Below are positions 9,078 to 19,386 of a stretch of DNA of 39,285 nt, piece after piece (position 1 is the first letter of the stretch; every line of letters starts with the position of its first letter). The notes below the pieces were generated by a model, which did not search any database, had not been told where the DNA came from, and saw only the letters and a program-made list of their open reading frames with translations. The translations under genes and the position numbers were made by a program. Where the stretch lies: positions 1 through 39,285 of the forward strand of contig JBAXON010000001.1 of assembly GCA_037133255.1 (NCBI GenBank), given 5' to 3'. The DNA comes from Deltaproteobacteria bacterium. Its GTDB lineage: Bacteria; Desulfobacterota; Syntrophia; Syntrophales; Smithellaceae.

Positions 9078-9350
9078 CTATTTTTCAATTATGCCCATTT
9101 TTAAAGCCAGCCACCATGTGAAACCGAAAAGCATCGTCTTGATGAAGGCAGTACGTCCTGAAATACCTTTTCTTGCTGATATTTTTTTTGACGCAAGGGG
9201 AAATTCTATAGCGTGAAGCGCTACAAGGCCGATTAATACAATCTTCGCGAACATCGAAATGGATGGAACTAAAATCGCGGCAAGAATTACCGTGATCCAC
9301 AAACCAATCGCGCCTGCCATCAGTGCATACCAGAAACATTTTGATCTCAT
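9078..9350 (-). CDS. small integral membrane protein, function unknown
   Basis: 90-aa ORF with three hydrophobic helices. I could not assign a family by eye. Confidence 0.55.
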   Translation of the reverse strand: MRSKCFWYALMAGAIGLWITVILAAILVPSISMFAKIVLIGLVALHAIEFPLASKKISARKGISGRTAFIKTMLFGFTWWLALKMGIIEK

Positions 9351-9538
9351 ATAAATCCTCCAAAATTATTTTGATAAGAGATTGCCTGTTTATGTTTGAA
9401 CTATAAAAAACTCGGGCTTTTATGTCAAGGCAATCTTGGCCACAAAATGCGGATAGCATGTAGAAAATCGGGGAAATATTTTGCGCTTTAAAACCATTTG
9501 TGGTACAGACCCGAAGTGTTACGGGAAGGGGAAGGTGC

Positions 9539-10594
9539 ATGCCCAGGAAAACAGGCATTGTCGCAGATAGACGTTACTTGTTGCATTCGGCCGGCTTATG
9601 CCATCCGGAAAGTCCGGAGAGGCTGGCAGGTATTTACGAAATGCTGGATAATCCGGCAATGTCCTGGAAGTTCACTCAAATCGAGGCACGGGAAGCAACA
9701 CATGATGAAATAGCCATTGTCCATTCACCTTCGTATATTAATTTTATCGCGAGCACGGCCGGCAAAGATTACGTCATGCTTGATCCCGATACGATGACCA
9801 GCCCGGATACTTATTCCATCGCCAAGCTTGCTGCAGGCGGAGTGTGTAATGCCGTTGATCAAGTGCTGGGTGGCGAAGTGAACAACGCTTTTGCCTTTGT
9901 CCGGCCTCCCGGTCATCACGCGGGAAAGGAAAACGCGGCCGGTTTTTGTATTTTTAATAATATTGCCATAGCAGCGATGCATGCAATTTTAAAACATCGC
10001 CTGAAAAAAGTTATGATAGTCGATTGGGATTTGCATCACGGCAATGGCACTCAGAGTATTTTTTATAAGGAACCGCGGGTCTTATATTTTTCCACTCATC
10101 AGTACCCGTACTATCCGGGTACGGGAAGTGTGCAGGAAATTGGGCAGGGTAAAGGCGAGGGCTTCACGATCAACGTTCCTATGCAGTCAGGGGCGGCAGA
10201 CGCGGCTTATGTGAACATATTTAGCAAAATTTTAGAACCGATCGCTTTGGAATATAAACCTCAATTAGTACTTTTATCCGCGGGGTTTGATGCCCATTTT
10301 AATGATCCTTTGGGCGGTATGCGGATAACTCCCGAAGGCTTTGCCGCCTTGACGCGGATATTGCTGAATATCGCCGATAAGTGCTGCAAGAGTCGTTTTG
10401 TAGCCGTGCTGGAAGGAGGCTATCATGTTGCGAGTTTGGCCAAATCAGCAAAATGTGTTTTGGAAGAGATGCTGGATGAAAATCACTTTTCGCAGGAAAA
10501 GTTTTCTACACTAAAGCAGGATATTGATGAAGAAACCGATCGGCTCATTCGGCAGGTTACTTCAACAGTCAAGCCTTTTTGGAAGGCATTATAG
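9539..10594 (+). CDS. histone-deacetylase-family Zn deacetylase (AcuC / acetylpolyamine amidohydrolase-like)
   Basis: Motifs RPPGHHA, DWDLHHGNGTQ, SAGFDAHFNDPLG and LEGGYH. I chose the ATG at 9539 (MPRKTGIV...) because GGGGAAGG lies upstream. The ORF track begins at 9500. Confidence 0.88.
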   Translation: MPRKTGIVADRRYLLHSAGLCHPESPERLAGIYEMLDNPAMSWKFTQIEAREATHDEIAIVHSPSYINFIASTAGKDYVMLDPDTMTSPDTYSIAKLAAGGVCNAVDQVLGGEVNNAFAFVRPPGHHAGKENAAGFCIFNNIAIAAMHAILKHRLKKVMIVDWDLHHGNGTQSIFYKEPRVLYFSTHQYPYYPGTGSVQEIGQGKGEGFTINVPMQSGAADAAYVNIFSKILEPIALEYKPQLVLLSAGFDAHFNDPLGGMRITPEGFAALTRILLNIADKCCKSRFVAVLEGGYHVASLAKSAKCVLEEMLDENHFSQEKFSTLKQDIDEETDRLIRQVTSTVKPFWKAL

Positions 10595-10606
10595 GGAGGG
10601 ACACCA

Positions 10607-10894
10607 TTGAAGTTAAGTACTAAGGAAGTTGAGTATGTGGCGCGTCTGGCGCGTCTGGAAGTCACCGATAAGGAAACCGAAAAGTTCACCGCCCAGCTAA
10701 ACGATATTTTGGGCTACATCGACAAGCTCAATGAGATTGATACGACGGGTGTCGAGCCGATGACCCACGCGATTGCTGTCACTAACGCTTTTCGCGAGGA
10801 TAAGATAGTGGATTCGATTGGTACGGAGAAGTCTCTGGCCAATGCGCCGGACGGGCGAGGCGAGTTTTTTCGCGTACCTAAAGTTATAGATTGA
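10607..10894 (+). CDS. gatC: Asp/Glu-tRNA amidotransferase subunit C
   Basis: 95 aa, [23 protein letters not shown]... TTG start with SD GGGAGGG 6 nt upstream. Confidence 0.92.
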   Translation: MKLSTKEVEYVARLARLEVTDKETEKFTAQLNDILGYIDKLNEIDTTGVEPMTHAIAVTNAFREDKIVDSIGTEKSLANAPDGRGEFFRVPKVID

Positions 10895-10901
10895 GGAGAT
10901 T

Positions 10902-12359
10902 ATGGAGCTAAATCAGTTAACAATTCACGAACTGCAGGAAAAAATAAAAAATGGCGAGGCATCAGCCGTTAAAATCACTGAGTCAGTTTTTCAAAGGATC
11001 GACGCAGTGGAAGATCGGGTGCATTCATACATCCGCCTGCTCAAAGATGAGGCGCTGGCCGCCGCAGCAATTGCCGACGAGAACATTAAAAAGGGAGAAA
11101 TAAAACCGTTAACAGGAATTCCTATCGCGCTCAAAGACATTGTCTGCACTAAAGGCATTCCGACTACCTGCGGCTCACATATACTGCATAACTTCGTGCC
11201 GCCTTACGACGCGACAGTTGTAGAAAAGCTGCGCGATGCCGGAGCTGTGTTTGTCGGTAAGGCTAACATGGATGAGTTTGCCATGGGTTCATCCACGGAA
11301 TCTTCGTATTTTGGCCCCACCCGCAATCCTTGGGATTTGGCGCGCATCCCCGGCGGTTCCAGCGGCGGGTCAGCCACGGCCGTTGCCGCCGATGAATGCA
11401 TTGCTTCCATTGGCTCTGATACCGGCGGCTCTATCCGCCAGCCGGCTGCTCTTTGCGGCGTTGTCGGCTTGAAACCAACTTATGGCCGTGTTTCGCGTTT
11501 TGGCTTGATTGCTTTTGCATCGTCTCTAGATCAGATTGGACCTTTCACCAAGGATGTGGAAGATTGCGCCATTATGATGAATGTGCTGGCAGGTTTTGAT
11601 CAGAAAGAATCAACTTCTGTGCAAGCGGAAGTGCCCGACTATAGGCAGTTTGCAGGTCAGGACATTAAGGGTTGGAAAGTAGGCATTCCCAAAGAATATT
11701 TTATTGAAGGCATCGATCCGGAAGTAAGCGCGGCAATCCAAAAAGCCATTAGCGTGATTGAAAAATGCGGCGGCAAGATGGTAGAAATTTCTTTGCCTCA
11801 TACTCAGTATTGTCTGGCGGTTTATTACATTATCGCGCCGGCGGAAGCCAGCTCCAATCTGGCGCGTTATGAGGGGGTCAAGTACGGATTGAGAGTATCA
11901 GACGGCAGAGATCTTTTGGATATGTATAAGAAAACCCGCATGCAGGGATTTGGCGCTGAAGTAAAAAGAAGAATCATGATCGGCACTTACGCATTATCCG
12001 CCGGTTATTACGACGCGTATTACGGAAAAGCTTCCCAGGTGCGGGCTTTGATCAAACGGGACTTTGAAGAGGCCTGGAAAAAATGCGATGTAATCCTCAC
12101 GCCAACAACGCCCACGCCGGCATTTAAAATCGGTGAAAAAACGGACGATCCGCTGCAAATGTATCTGTCCGATATTTTCACGATATCGACCAATCTGGCG
12201 GGGATTCCGGGAATTTCTGTCCCCTGTGGTTTTACGGCAGGCGGCTTGCCCATCGGCGTACAGTTTCTGGCCGGCCACTTTGAAGAGGGTAAATTAATTC
12301 AAATTGCCTCAGCTTACGAGAAAAACGCGCAAATTGAAAAAAGGAGGCCGAAGTTATAA
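10902..12359 (+). CDS. gatA: Asp/Glu-tRNA amidotransferase subunit A
   Basis: 485 aa. Amidase signature [13 protein letters not shown] and the region [13 protein letters not shown]. Confidence 0.96.
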   Translation: MELNQLTIHELQEKIKNGEASAVKITESVFQRIDAVEDRVHSYIRLLKDEALAAAAIADENIKKGEIKPLTGIPIALKDIVCTKGIPTTCGSHILHNFVPPYDATVVEKLRDAGAVFVGKANMDEFAMGSSTESSYFGPTRNPWDLARIPGGSSGGSATAVAADECIASIGSDTGGSIRQPAALCGVVGLKPTYGRVSRFGLIAFASSLDQIGPFTKDVEDCAIMMNVLAGFDQKESTSVQAEVPDYRQFAGQDIKGWKVGIPKEYFIEGIDPEVSAAIQKAISVIEKCGGKMVEISLPHTQYCLAVYYIIAPAEASSNLARYEGVKYGLRVSDGRDLLDMYKKTRMQGFGAEVKRRIMIGTYALSAGYYDAYYGKASQVRALIKRDFEEAWKKCDVILTPTTPTPAFKIGEKTDDPLQMYLSDIFTISTNLAGIPGISVPCGFTAGGLPIGVQFLAGHFEEGKLIQIASAYEKNAQIEKRRPKL

Positions 12360-13789
12360 TGGAGTTTGAAACAGTTATCGGGTTGGAAGTCCATGCCCAG
12401 CTTTTAACGGATACAAAAATCTTTTGCGGTTGTTCCACCAAATTCGGGGGAGCGCCCAACAGCCATACTTGCCCTGTTTGCCTGGGGATGCCGGGGGTTC
12501 TACCGGTTTTAAATAAAAAAGTGGTGGAGTTCGCCATGAAGATGTCTTTGGCGACAAATTGTGTAATTAATAAATCGTGCAGCTTTGCGCGTAAAAATTA
12601 TTTCTATCCCGATCTGCCCAAGGGCTACCAGATTTCGCAATTTGCGTATCCTCTTTCTGAGCATGGCTATGTCTTTCTGGATGTTGATGGAGCGCAAAAG
12701 AAAATCGGCTTGACCCGTATTCACATGGAAGAAGACGCAGGAAAGCTCATGCATGATGAGCATAATCCGGTGAGTTATGTTGATTTGAACCGCGCCGGTG
12801 TTCCACTCATTGAAATTGTCAGCGAGCCTGATATGCGATCACCCGCGGAAGCGGCGGACTACTTAAAACGCCTGCATGAAATTCTGGTGTATCTGGAAAT
12901 TTGCGATGGCAATATGGAAGAAGGTTCTTTTCGCTGCGATGCCAATGTGTCAATCCGTCCCATCGGACAGAAGGAATTCGGCACTCGCGCGGAACTAAAG
13001 AACATGAATTCATTTCGAAACGTCCAGCGGGCGCTGGAGTATGAAATTAAGCGGCAGCAATATCTTGTGGAAAGCGGTGGAAAGGTTGTGCAGGAAACGC
13101 GCCTTTGGGATGATGCTTCGGGCACCAGCATTCCCATGCGCAGCAAGGAAGAAGCTCACGATTACCGCTATTTCCCCGATCCCGATTTAGTGCCGATCAT
13201 TGTTGAGAATGCCTGGGTGGAAAAATTGCGCCGCGAGCTGCCGGAATTGCCGATAGCCAAGCGAGAGAGATTTATTAAAGACTATTCGATACCTGAGTAC
13301 GATGCGGGTGTGCTTACTGCTGATAAGGCACTTGCCCAGTATTATGAAGATGTAGTCAAACTTTGCGATAAGCCGAAACAGGCCAGCAACTGGGTAATGG
13401 GCGACTTACTGAGATTTCTCAATGAGGATAAGCTCGACATCCGTAAGTGCCCTATTACGGCGGTGGCGCTTGCCGAAATGATATCGCTTATTGAAGAAGG
13501 CACCATCAGCGGCAAAATGGCCAAAGAAATCCTTCCCGAAATGTATAAAACAGGCCTTCCGCCACAGAAAATCATTGAAGAAAAAGGCATGGTGCAGATT
13601 ACCGATGAAGGCGAGCTGACCAAGACCATTACCGCGATAATTGATGCTAATCCCAGTCAACTTACAGATTACCGCGGTGGCAAGGAAAAGCTCTTTGGCT
13701 TTTTTGTCGGTCAAGTAATGAAGGTGACTCAGGGAAAAGCAAATCCGCAACTTGTTAATGATTTGCTCAAAAAGATGCTTGCAGGATGA
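12359..13789 (+). CDS. gatB: Asp/Glu-tRNA amidotransferase subunit B
   Basis: 476 aa. N-terminus [15 protein letters not shown] is typical of GatB. Its start overlaps the gatA stop. Confidence 0.96.
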   Translation: MEFETVIGLEVHAQLLTDTKIFCGCSTKFGGAPNSHTCPVCLGMPGVLPVLNKKVVEFAMKMSLATNCVINKSCSFARKNYFYPDLPKGYQISQFAYPLSEHGYVFLDVDGAQKKIGLTRIHMEEDAGKLMHDEHNPVSYVDLNRAGVPLIEIVSEPDMRSPAEAADYLKRLHEILVYLEICDGNMEEGSFRCDANVSIRPIGQKEFGTRAELKNMNSFRNVQRALEYEIKRQQYLVESGGKVVQETRLWDDASGTSIPMRSKEEAHDYRYFPDPDLVPIIVENAWVEKLRRELPELPIAKRERFIKDYSIPEYDAGVLTADKALAQYYEDVVKLCDKPKQASNWVMGDLLRFLNEDKLDIRKCPITAVALAEMISLIEEGTISGKMAKEILPEMYKTGLPPQKIIEEKGMVQITDEGELTKTITAIIDANPSQLTDYRGGKEKLFGFFVGQVMKVTQGKANPQLVNDLLKKMLAG

Positions 13790-14835
13790 CGATTAAAACT
13801 ATTTCCTGGAAAAACAATACGGTTGTTCTCATTGATCAGAATGCTCTGCCACAAATCGAGCGGCAGGTGGTCTGCTCGGATTACCGGCAGGTTATTTCCG
13901 CGATTAAAGATTTGACTGTGCGCGGCGCTCCGGCAATCGGCGTTGCCGCCGCAATGGGTCTGGCGCTGGGCGCTGTTTCTCTTCTCCCAAGTTCTGCCCA
14001 AAAATTCCGCAAACAAATTATTATCATTTGCGATCAGATTGCCGCTGCCAGGCCAACAGCCCGCAATCTGTTCTGGGCTTTAGAGCGCATGAAGAAATGC
14101 CTGGATGATGCCATTATCTCCGGGAAACAGAATTTAGCAACCCAGCTCGTTTCAGAAGCCAAGCGCATTTGCGCCGAAGATATAACTATTAACCGCCAAA
14201 TTGGCAAACATGGCAACATGCTTATTGCTGACGGCGATAATATTTTAACTCATTGTAATACCGGGGCGCTGGCCACCGCCGGTTACGGAACCGCATTGGG
14301 CGTTATCCGCGCAGCCCGCAAGCAGGGTAAAAAGTTGCACGTTTATGTTGATGAAACAAGACCGTTGCTGCAAGGATCAAGGCTTACCGCCTGGGAGATG
14401 CAAAAAGAAAAAATTCCCGCAACCCTGATCACTGACAACATGGCGGGATTTCTGATGCAACAGGGCAAGATCGATAAAATTATTGTCGGCGCGGATCGCA
14501 TTGCCGCCAATGGCGATACGGCCAATAAAATAGGCACCTATTCTCTGGCCGTTTTAGCGGTAGCTCATGGTATTCCTTTTTATGTGGCTGCTCCTCTTTC
14601 CACTTTTGATTTCTCTTTAAAGACGGGCACGGAAATTCCTATCGAGGAAAGAAGCGCCGACGAAGTGACTCATTTTCGCGGTATTGCCGCCGCGCCACGA
14701 GGGATGAAGGTTTACAATCCGGCCTTTGATCTGACCGAGGCGAGGTATATCAGCGCGATTATTACTGAGGAAGGCATCATAACAAAGCCTTACCGGACTG
14801 CACTTGCCCGTATTGCCAGGAAAAATAAATCATGA
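13786..14835 (+). CDS. mtnA: S-methyl-5-thioribose-1-phosphate isomerase (eIF-2B alpha/beta/delta family)
   Basis: 349 aa. Motifs [23 protein letters not shown] and [22 protein letters not shown] overlap with gatB. Confidence 0.88.
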   Translation: MTIKTISWKNNTVVLIDQNALPQIERQVVCSDYRQVISAIKDLTVRGAPAIGVAAAMGLALGAVSLLPSSAQKFRKQIIIICDQIAAARPTARNLFWALERMKKCLDDAIISGKQNLATQLVSEAKRICAEDITINRQIGKHGNMLIADGDNILTHCNTGALATAGYGTALGVIRAARKQGKKLHVYVDETRPLLQGSRLTAWEMQKEKIPATLITDNMAGFLMQQGKIDKIIVGADRIAANGDTANKIGTYSLAVLAVAHGIPFYVAAPLSTFDFSLKTGTEIPIEERSADEVTHFRGIAAAPRGMKVYNPAFDLTEARYISAIITEEGIITKPYRTALARIARKNKS

Positions 14836-15446
14836 AATTATTGCTTTTTGATTTTGATGGCGTTCTTGTTGATTCCTTAGATGTTTATGAAAAAACAGTG
14901 ACCCTTTGCCTTGCAAAAATCAACCACCCTCTAAAGCGTGGCAGACAGGAGTTTCTGGAATTATTTGACGGCAATTTTTATGAAATGCTTGCGCAAAAAG
15001 GTGTGGAGCTGGATAAATTTATGACAGCTTCCGTGGATATTCTGTCACAGGTTAGCTACAAAGATATAAAGCCCTTTGACGAGATGTGGCCGGTTTTGCA
15101 GGAACTGAAAAAGAAACATTGCCTGATTGTTATTTCTTCCAATGACACGCCGACAATTCAAGAAGCACTGCGCCTGTACGGTTATGAAGATATATTTCAG
15201 GAAATACTAGGCTCCGATTTCATGCTCAGCAAAAAAGATAAAATGCTCTACGCCATAAAAAAGTATTCGGTCATGCCGCAAGACATTTACTATATTGGTG
15301 ATACGATTGGTGATATTCAGGAGGGAAAACAAGCCGGAGTAAAAACCATCGGCGTCACCTGGGGCTGGCACGACAAGGCAAAAATGGCATCATCCAGTCC
15401 TGATCACCTTTTTGACGATCCTCAAGAGTTACTGCAGCTGAACTGA
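14832..15446 (+). CDS. HAD-IA family phosphatase (phosphoglycolate-phosphatase-like)
   Basis: 204 aa. Motif I is FDFDGVLVDS. Motifs ISSN and GDTIGDI are also present. ATGA overlap with mtnA. Confidence 0.85.
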   Translation: MKLLLFDFDGVLVDSLDVYEKTVTLCLAKINHPLKRGRQEFLELFDGNFYEMLAQKGVELDKFMTASVDILSQVSYKDIKPFDEMWPVLQELKKKHCLIVISSNDTPTIQEALRLYGYEDIFQEILGSDFMLSKKDKMLYAIKKYSVMPQDIYYIGDTIGDIQEGKQAGVKTIGVTWGWHDKAKMASSSPDHLFDDPQELLQLN

Positions 15447-15486
15447 TACCAATTAGCCCGGAAGTGGTTCGTTCGGGGATCGCGCC

Positions 15487-15798
15487 CTACCCTGATCGAT
15501 AGATCCAGGTGCCGTCTTTATTGTCCCAAAATCCCAGGGCATTCCAAAAACCCTGAGCTGTGGGCCTGACCCGGTCGGCAACGATAAGTTCAAAATGACT
15601 CTTGCAATAGTCCACAAATTCTTTGCCATAGCCATGCCCCTCCCATTCGGGATAGATATTGATCGAGCAGATAGTGATGGTCGATTTTTTCAGCTTGCAG
15701 CGGGCTTTACCGACACGGGAGCCTCCACTGGAAATGTCTGCCCAGTCGTATTGTGAATGCTGTTTTTCTTTTGACAGGAATTCAATGGATATTGTCAT
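15487..15798 (-). CDS. minimal GNAT-type N-acetyltransferase
   Basis: 103 aa. Motif-A-like INIYPEWEGHGYGKEFVDY and motif-B-like AQGFWNALGF. It starts 14 nt downstream of the HDAC-like gene. Confidence 0.65.
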   Translation of the reverse strand: MTISIEFLSKEKQHSQYDWADISSGGSRVGKARCKLKKSTITICSINIYPEWEGHGYGKEFVDYCKSHFELIVADRVRPTAQGFWNALGFWDNKDGTWIYRSG

Positions 15799-15812
15799 GT
15801 AATTTGATAGCC

Positions 15813-16607
15813 TTATTCAAAGCCCTGGCAAAACGCCAGCACGTTCTTGCCTAAATCCGGCAGATAATACCCACCCTCAAGGATGGCAAAGCGTCGCTTT
15901 TGCGCTGCTCTCTGAGCAAACTGTTTCATCAGGAGACCAATCCTGTAGAAATCAAAGGTCTCCAGTTTCCGCCCCACGTCTTTGATGTACGAATCAAAAC
16001 CGGCGCAAACGCCAATTACGTCCACAGCGGGAATGCCACTGATGAAATCCTGAATCTCCCGGATATATGCTTGAGAGTTGTCGGCGTAGGGATTCAGGAT
16101 GATACATTCCTTCCAATTCGAAAGCACATCCTTGGTGCCATCTCCTGTATGGGCGTCAAAGTCCAGCACAAATGCCGATTCAATTTTGTGTTGCTGCTTT
16201 AGTTGCAGCAGGGCGATTCCCATATTGCTAAAAACACAGTAACCCCAGGCCGAATCTCGATACGCGTGGTGTCCCGGCGGTCTCACGCAGGCAAATGCCG
16301 GTTCGCCCTGGACGGCAATGTCTGCTGCCGCAATCGCCGCCCCGGCGGCATGCTTTGCCATGTCGTAGAGCGGGGCGTTTGATTTAATTGTATCCACATA
16401 GGCCTGAGTATGGACCAACCGCACCGCTTCCTCACTTGCCTGTTGCGGACGGACAATTTCGAAGTTGTATCCTGTACCTAGAACGGTCATGATGGCTTCC
16501 AGCCTGCCCGGGGTTGACGCCCCGTCATTGGCATATTCCGATTCGTAGAACTTATCATCAAAGAGTATTTTCATGCCCATCCAGTGCTTTCCGGACATTG
16601 GCAGCAA
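15813..16607 (-). CDS. short histone-deacetylase-family Zn hydrolase
   Basis: All catalytic elements are present: VRPPGHHA, DFDAHTGDGT, AGFDSY, LEGGYY. The real start may be the ATG at 16574 (MKILFDDKFY). Confidence 0.85.
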   Translation of the reverse strand: MLPMSGKHWMGMKILFDDKFYESEYANDGASTPGRLEAIMTVLGTGYNFEIVRPQQASEEAVRLVHTQAYVDTIKSNAPLYDMAKHAAGAAIAAADIAVQGEPAFACVRPPGHHAYRDSAWGYCVFSNMGIALLQLKQQHKIESAFVLDFDAHTGDGTKDVLSNWKECIILNPYADNSQAYIREIQDFISGIPAVDVIGVCAGFDSYIKDVGRKLETFDFYRIGLLMKQFAQRAAQKRRFAILEGGYYLPDLGKNVLAFCQGFE

Positions 16608-16649
16608 GCTCTTTGATCGAGAAAGGAGTTGCGGAAGGTGATTTGCTCT

Positions 16650-17078
16650 TCATGGTGTACACCCCTTTGGTGCTGCGGTAACCGGCCGAGTAGCAGCTGG
16701 ATCGGCGGCAGGATCAGCAAAGAGCCGGACTCCCTGATAAACCCACTGGGCACGCAAGGACCACATGCCGTCTTCTCTGCAAATTTTTTGAAGAATTCGA
16801 TCCGCTATATCTCTATAAGCATTGTGATCCAGATGGCGTTCCCGCATTAACTGGTAAAGGGCGTCGTGAACCAGTGAGCCACGCATAAATGTTAAGGTAT
16901 CAATTGTCGGCCCGGATGGCCCATCCCAGGCATACCCCTTGGCAATTGTCAAAATTCCTTCGGTGTCGAGGCTTATGTAATCAGTGTTAATAGCCACAGC
17001 CGGTTTTATGTCTATGGTAACACAGCAAGTTTCCTTTAACTGATACTTATACCCTCCGTTGTACACGATGCCTTTCAT
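16650..17078 (-). CDS. DUF1353-like protein
   Basis: 142 aa. The core GYAWDGPSGP...RGSLVHDALYQL matches the DUF1353 pattern as I recall it (GF.tDg.S.P ... HD.lY). SD GGGAGGG lies upstream. Ala/Pro-rich tail. Confidence 0.6.
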   Translation of the reverse strand: MKGIVYNGGYKYQLKETCCVTIDIKPAVAINTDYISLDTEGILTIAKGYAWDGPSGPTIDTLTFMRGSLVHDALYQLMRERHLDHNAYRDIADRILQKICREDGMWSLRAQWVYQGVRLFADPAADPAATRPVTAAPKGCTP

Positions 17079-17215
17079 TTAGCCCTCCCTGTCTGGCCGA
17101 TAGAAAAACCTGACAAATTCTTCTATAGATTTATAAACACTTGACATTTTTTTTGCAACACTTTAATTTCAAATGTCTGGATACTATTTCATTAATTTCT
17201 TCAGGAAACAAAGCC

Positions 17216-18142
17216 ATGGCCGTTCGGGACATTCTTCATGAGTCAATAAAAGCTTTGGAAGCAGCGGATATTCCTTCGGCGCGGCTTGACGCGGAAGTTT
17301 TGCTTTCTTTTTGCCTCGGAGACGATCGTCTGGAGTTTTATAAAAATCCGGACAAAACAATCACCGAGATAAAGCTTTCCGAATTTAGAAAACTTCTTGC
17401 CCGCAGATTGCAATGGGAACCGGTCGCATATATTACCGGCCACAAAGAGTTCTGGTCTTTTACTTTGGAAGTAAATAACTCTGTGCTTATTCCCCGCCCG
17501 GATACCGAGATAATTGTTGAAGAAGCTTTGAATATTGTGAAAACATTAGAATCGACATCTGATTTGGATTCCCGCCTACGTAACCTAAAGGTCATCTGCG
17601 ACGGGAATGACATGACACAGAGACCTGTGCGCATCTTAGACATTGGCACAGGCAGTGGCGCTATCGCCCTGGCTTTGGCCTCCGAAATTGACGGCGCAAA
17701 AGTTATGGCCACAGATATATCGGCAGCGGCATTAGCTCTTGCGCAAAAAAACGCGGTAGCTTTGCGGTTGAAAGAAAGAATTGATTTTCGGCATGGCAAT
17801 TTATTTGAACCGGTGGACGGACTTTTTGATATAATTGTCTCTAATCCGCCTTATATAGCGGCAAACGATTACGAAGAATTACCGGCCTCAGTTAAAGATT
17901 TTGAACCACGCGAGGCGCTTCTGGCAGGAGTTAGCGGCTTGGAATTTTACGATAAATTGATCTATTCAGCGGCAGCATACCTTAAAAAAAATGGTTGGCT
18001 TTTGTTGGAAATTGGAGCTAAACAGGAAGCAGGCATCCGCAGAATTCTTACAGCATCAGGTTTTTATACGAGCATCAAAATGCGCAGGGATTATGCGGGT
18101 CTGCCGCGCGTAATTAAAGCAAGGAGAAAAGTAAGTGGATAA
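17216..18142 (+). CDS. prmC: release-factor glutamine N5-methyltransferase
   Basis: SAM motif [15 protein letters not shown] and substrate motif NPPY. I chose the ATG at 17216 ([10 protein letters not shown]...). The ORF track begins at a TTG at 17141, inside a promoter-like TTGACA. Confidence 0.9.
   Translation: MAVRDILHESIKALEAADIPSARLDAEVLLSFCLGDDRLEFYKNPDKTITEIKLSEFRKLLARRLQWEPVAYITGHKEFWSFTLEVNNSVLIPRPDTEIIVEEALNIVKTLESTSDLDSRLRNLKVICDGNDMTQRPVRILDIGTGSGAIALALASEIDGAKVMATDISAAALALAQKNAVALRLKERIDFRHGNLFEPVDGLFDIIVSNPPYIAANDYEELPASVKDFEPREALLAGVSGLEFYDKLIYSAAAYLKKNGWLLLEIGAKQEAGIRRILTASGFYTSIKMRRDYAGLPRVIKARRKVSG
17549..17620 (+). repeat. repeat-derived in-frame insertion inside prmC
   Basis: TAACCTAAAGGTCA (17581-17594) is identical to 31225-31238. 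TCTGCGA (17595-17601) matches 31260-31266. The segment is flanked by the inverted repeat ATTCCCG (17568-17574) / CGGGAAT (17602-17608). It encodes [24 protein letters not shown]. Confidence 0.6.
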
Positions 18143-19385
18143 AATAGTTATTAATGGTGGCAAACCTCTTTTTGGAGATGTTCAGATAAGTGGAGCAAAA
18201 AATGCCGCCCTGCCGGTACTGGCCGCAGCCCTTTTGACCTCGGGTGAAAACACATTTCACAATATCCCCGATCTGGTGGATATTAAAACAATCAAAAAGC
18301 TCTTGAAAAATATGGGCGTGCAATTTGAAGGGGCGGAAACCTGCAAGGTCAGCGCCGAAAGGATCACCAGTTGCGACGCGCCTTATGATTTGGTAAAAAC
18401 AATGCGCGCATCTATTCTGGTTTTGGGGCCGCTTGTGGCCCGCATGGGTGTGGCGCGTGTTTCTCTTCCCGGAGGCTGCGCCATCGGCGCAAGGCCGGTT
18501 AATCTGCACATCAAAGCCTTGCAGGATATGGGGGCGCATGTCGAACTTAACAACGGCTATATTGAAGCAAAGGCCAAAAGATTAAAAGGGGCGGATATTT
18601 ATTTTGATATACAGACTGTAACCGGAACAGAGAATATCATGATGGCGGCCACTTTAGCCCAGGGTACAACTGTTTTAAACAATGCCGCGCGCGAACCGGA
18701 AATTGTCAATCTGGCAGAAGTGCTTAAGGCAATGGGGGCAAGAATCAGCGGCGCGGGAACAGACGTCATTACCATAACCGGCGTCACCTCCCTGCAACCT
18801 GTGGAGGCGACAATAATTCCCGATCGCATTGAAGCCGGCACTTTTATGATTGCCGCGGGAATAACGCGAGGCGAAATAAACGTGATGGGCTGCAACCCTC
18901 AGCATCTGGAAGCACTTCTCAACAAACTGCGAGACACCGGCATGAAAATCACTCCCATTGCCGGAGGATTGAAAGTATCAGCCGGGAAGAAAATACATAG
19001 TGTTGATGTTAAAACTCTTCCTCATCCGGGCTTTCCCACGGATTTACAGGCGCAGATGATGGCCTATTTAGCTGTCGGCAGCGGCCTTAGCGTTATTGCC
19101 GAAACTGTTTTTGAAAATCGTTTCATGCATGTCAGCGAACTTATGCGGATGGGCGCCGATGTTCTGATTCAAGGTGGTAGCGCGGTTGTTCGCGGTGTGC
19201 CCGCGCTGCACGGAGCGCAAATCATGGCAACCGATCTGAGGGCATCGGCATCGCTCATTTTAGCAGCTCTTGTCGCTGAAGGAACAACGGAAATTTCCCG
19301 CGTTTATCACATTGATCGGGGTTATGAGGGGATAGAAAAGAAATTTTCCGCCCTTGGCGCTGATATTAAAAGGATAGCACAATAG
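18135..19385 (+). CDS. murA: UDP-N-acetylglucosamine 1-carboxyvinyltransferase
   Basis: 416 aa. Catalytic-Cys loop [18 protein letters not shown] start with SD AAGGAG. It overlaps prmC by 8 nt. Confidence 0.96.
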   Translation: MDKIVINGGKPLFGDVQISGAKNAALPVLAAALLTSGENTFHNIPDLVDIKTIKKLLKNMGVQFEGAETCKVSAERITSCDAPYDLVKTMRASILVLGPLVARMGVARVSLPGGCAIGARPVNLHIKALQDMGAHVELNNGYIEAKAKRLKGADIYFDIQTVTGTENIMMAATLAQGTTVLNNAAREPEIVNLAEVLKAMGARISGAGTDVITITGVTSLQPVEATIIPDRIEAGTFMIAAGITRGEINVMGCNPQHLEALLNKLRDTGMKITPIAGGLKVSAGKKIHSVDVKTLPHPGFPTDLQAQMMAYLAVGSGLSVIAETVFENRFMHVSELMRMGADVLIQGGSAVVRGVPALHGAQIMATDLRASASLILAALVAEGTTEISRVYHIDRGYEGIEKKFSALGADIKRIAQ

Positions 19386-19386
19386 T

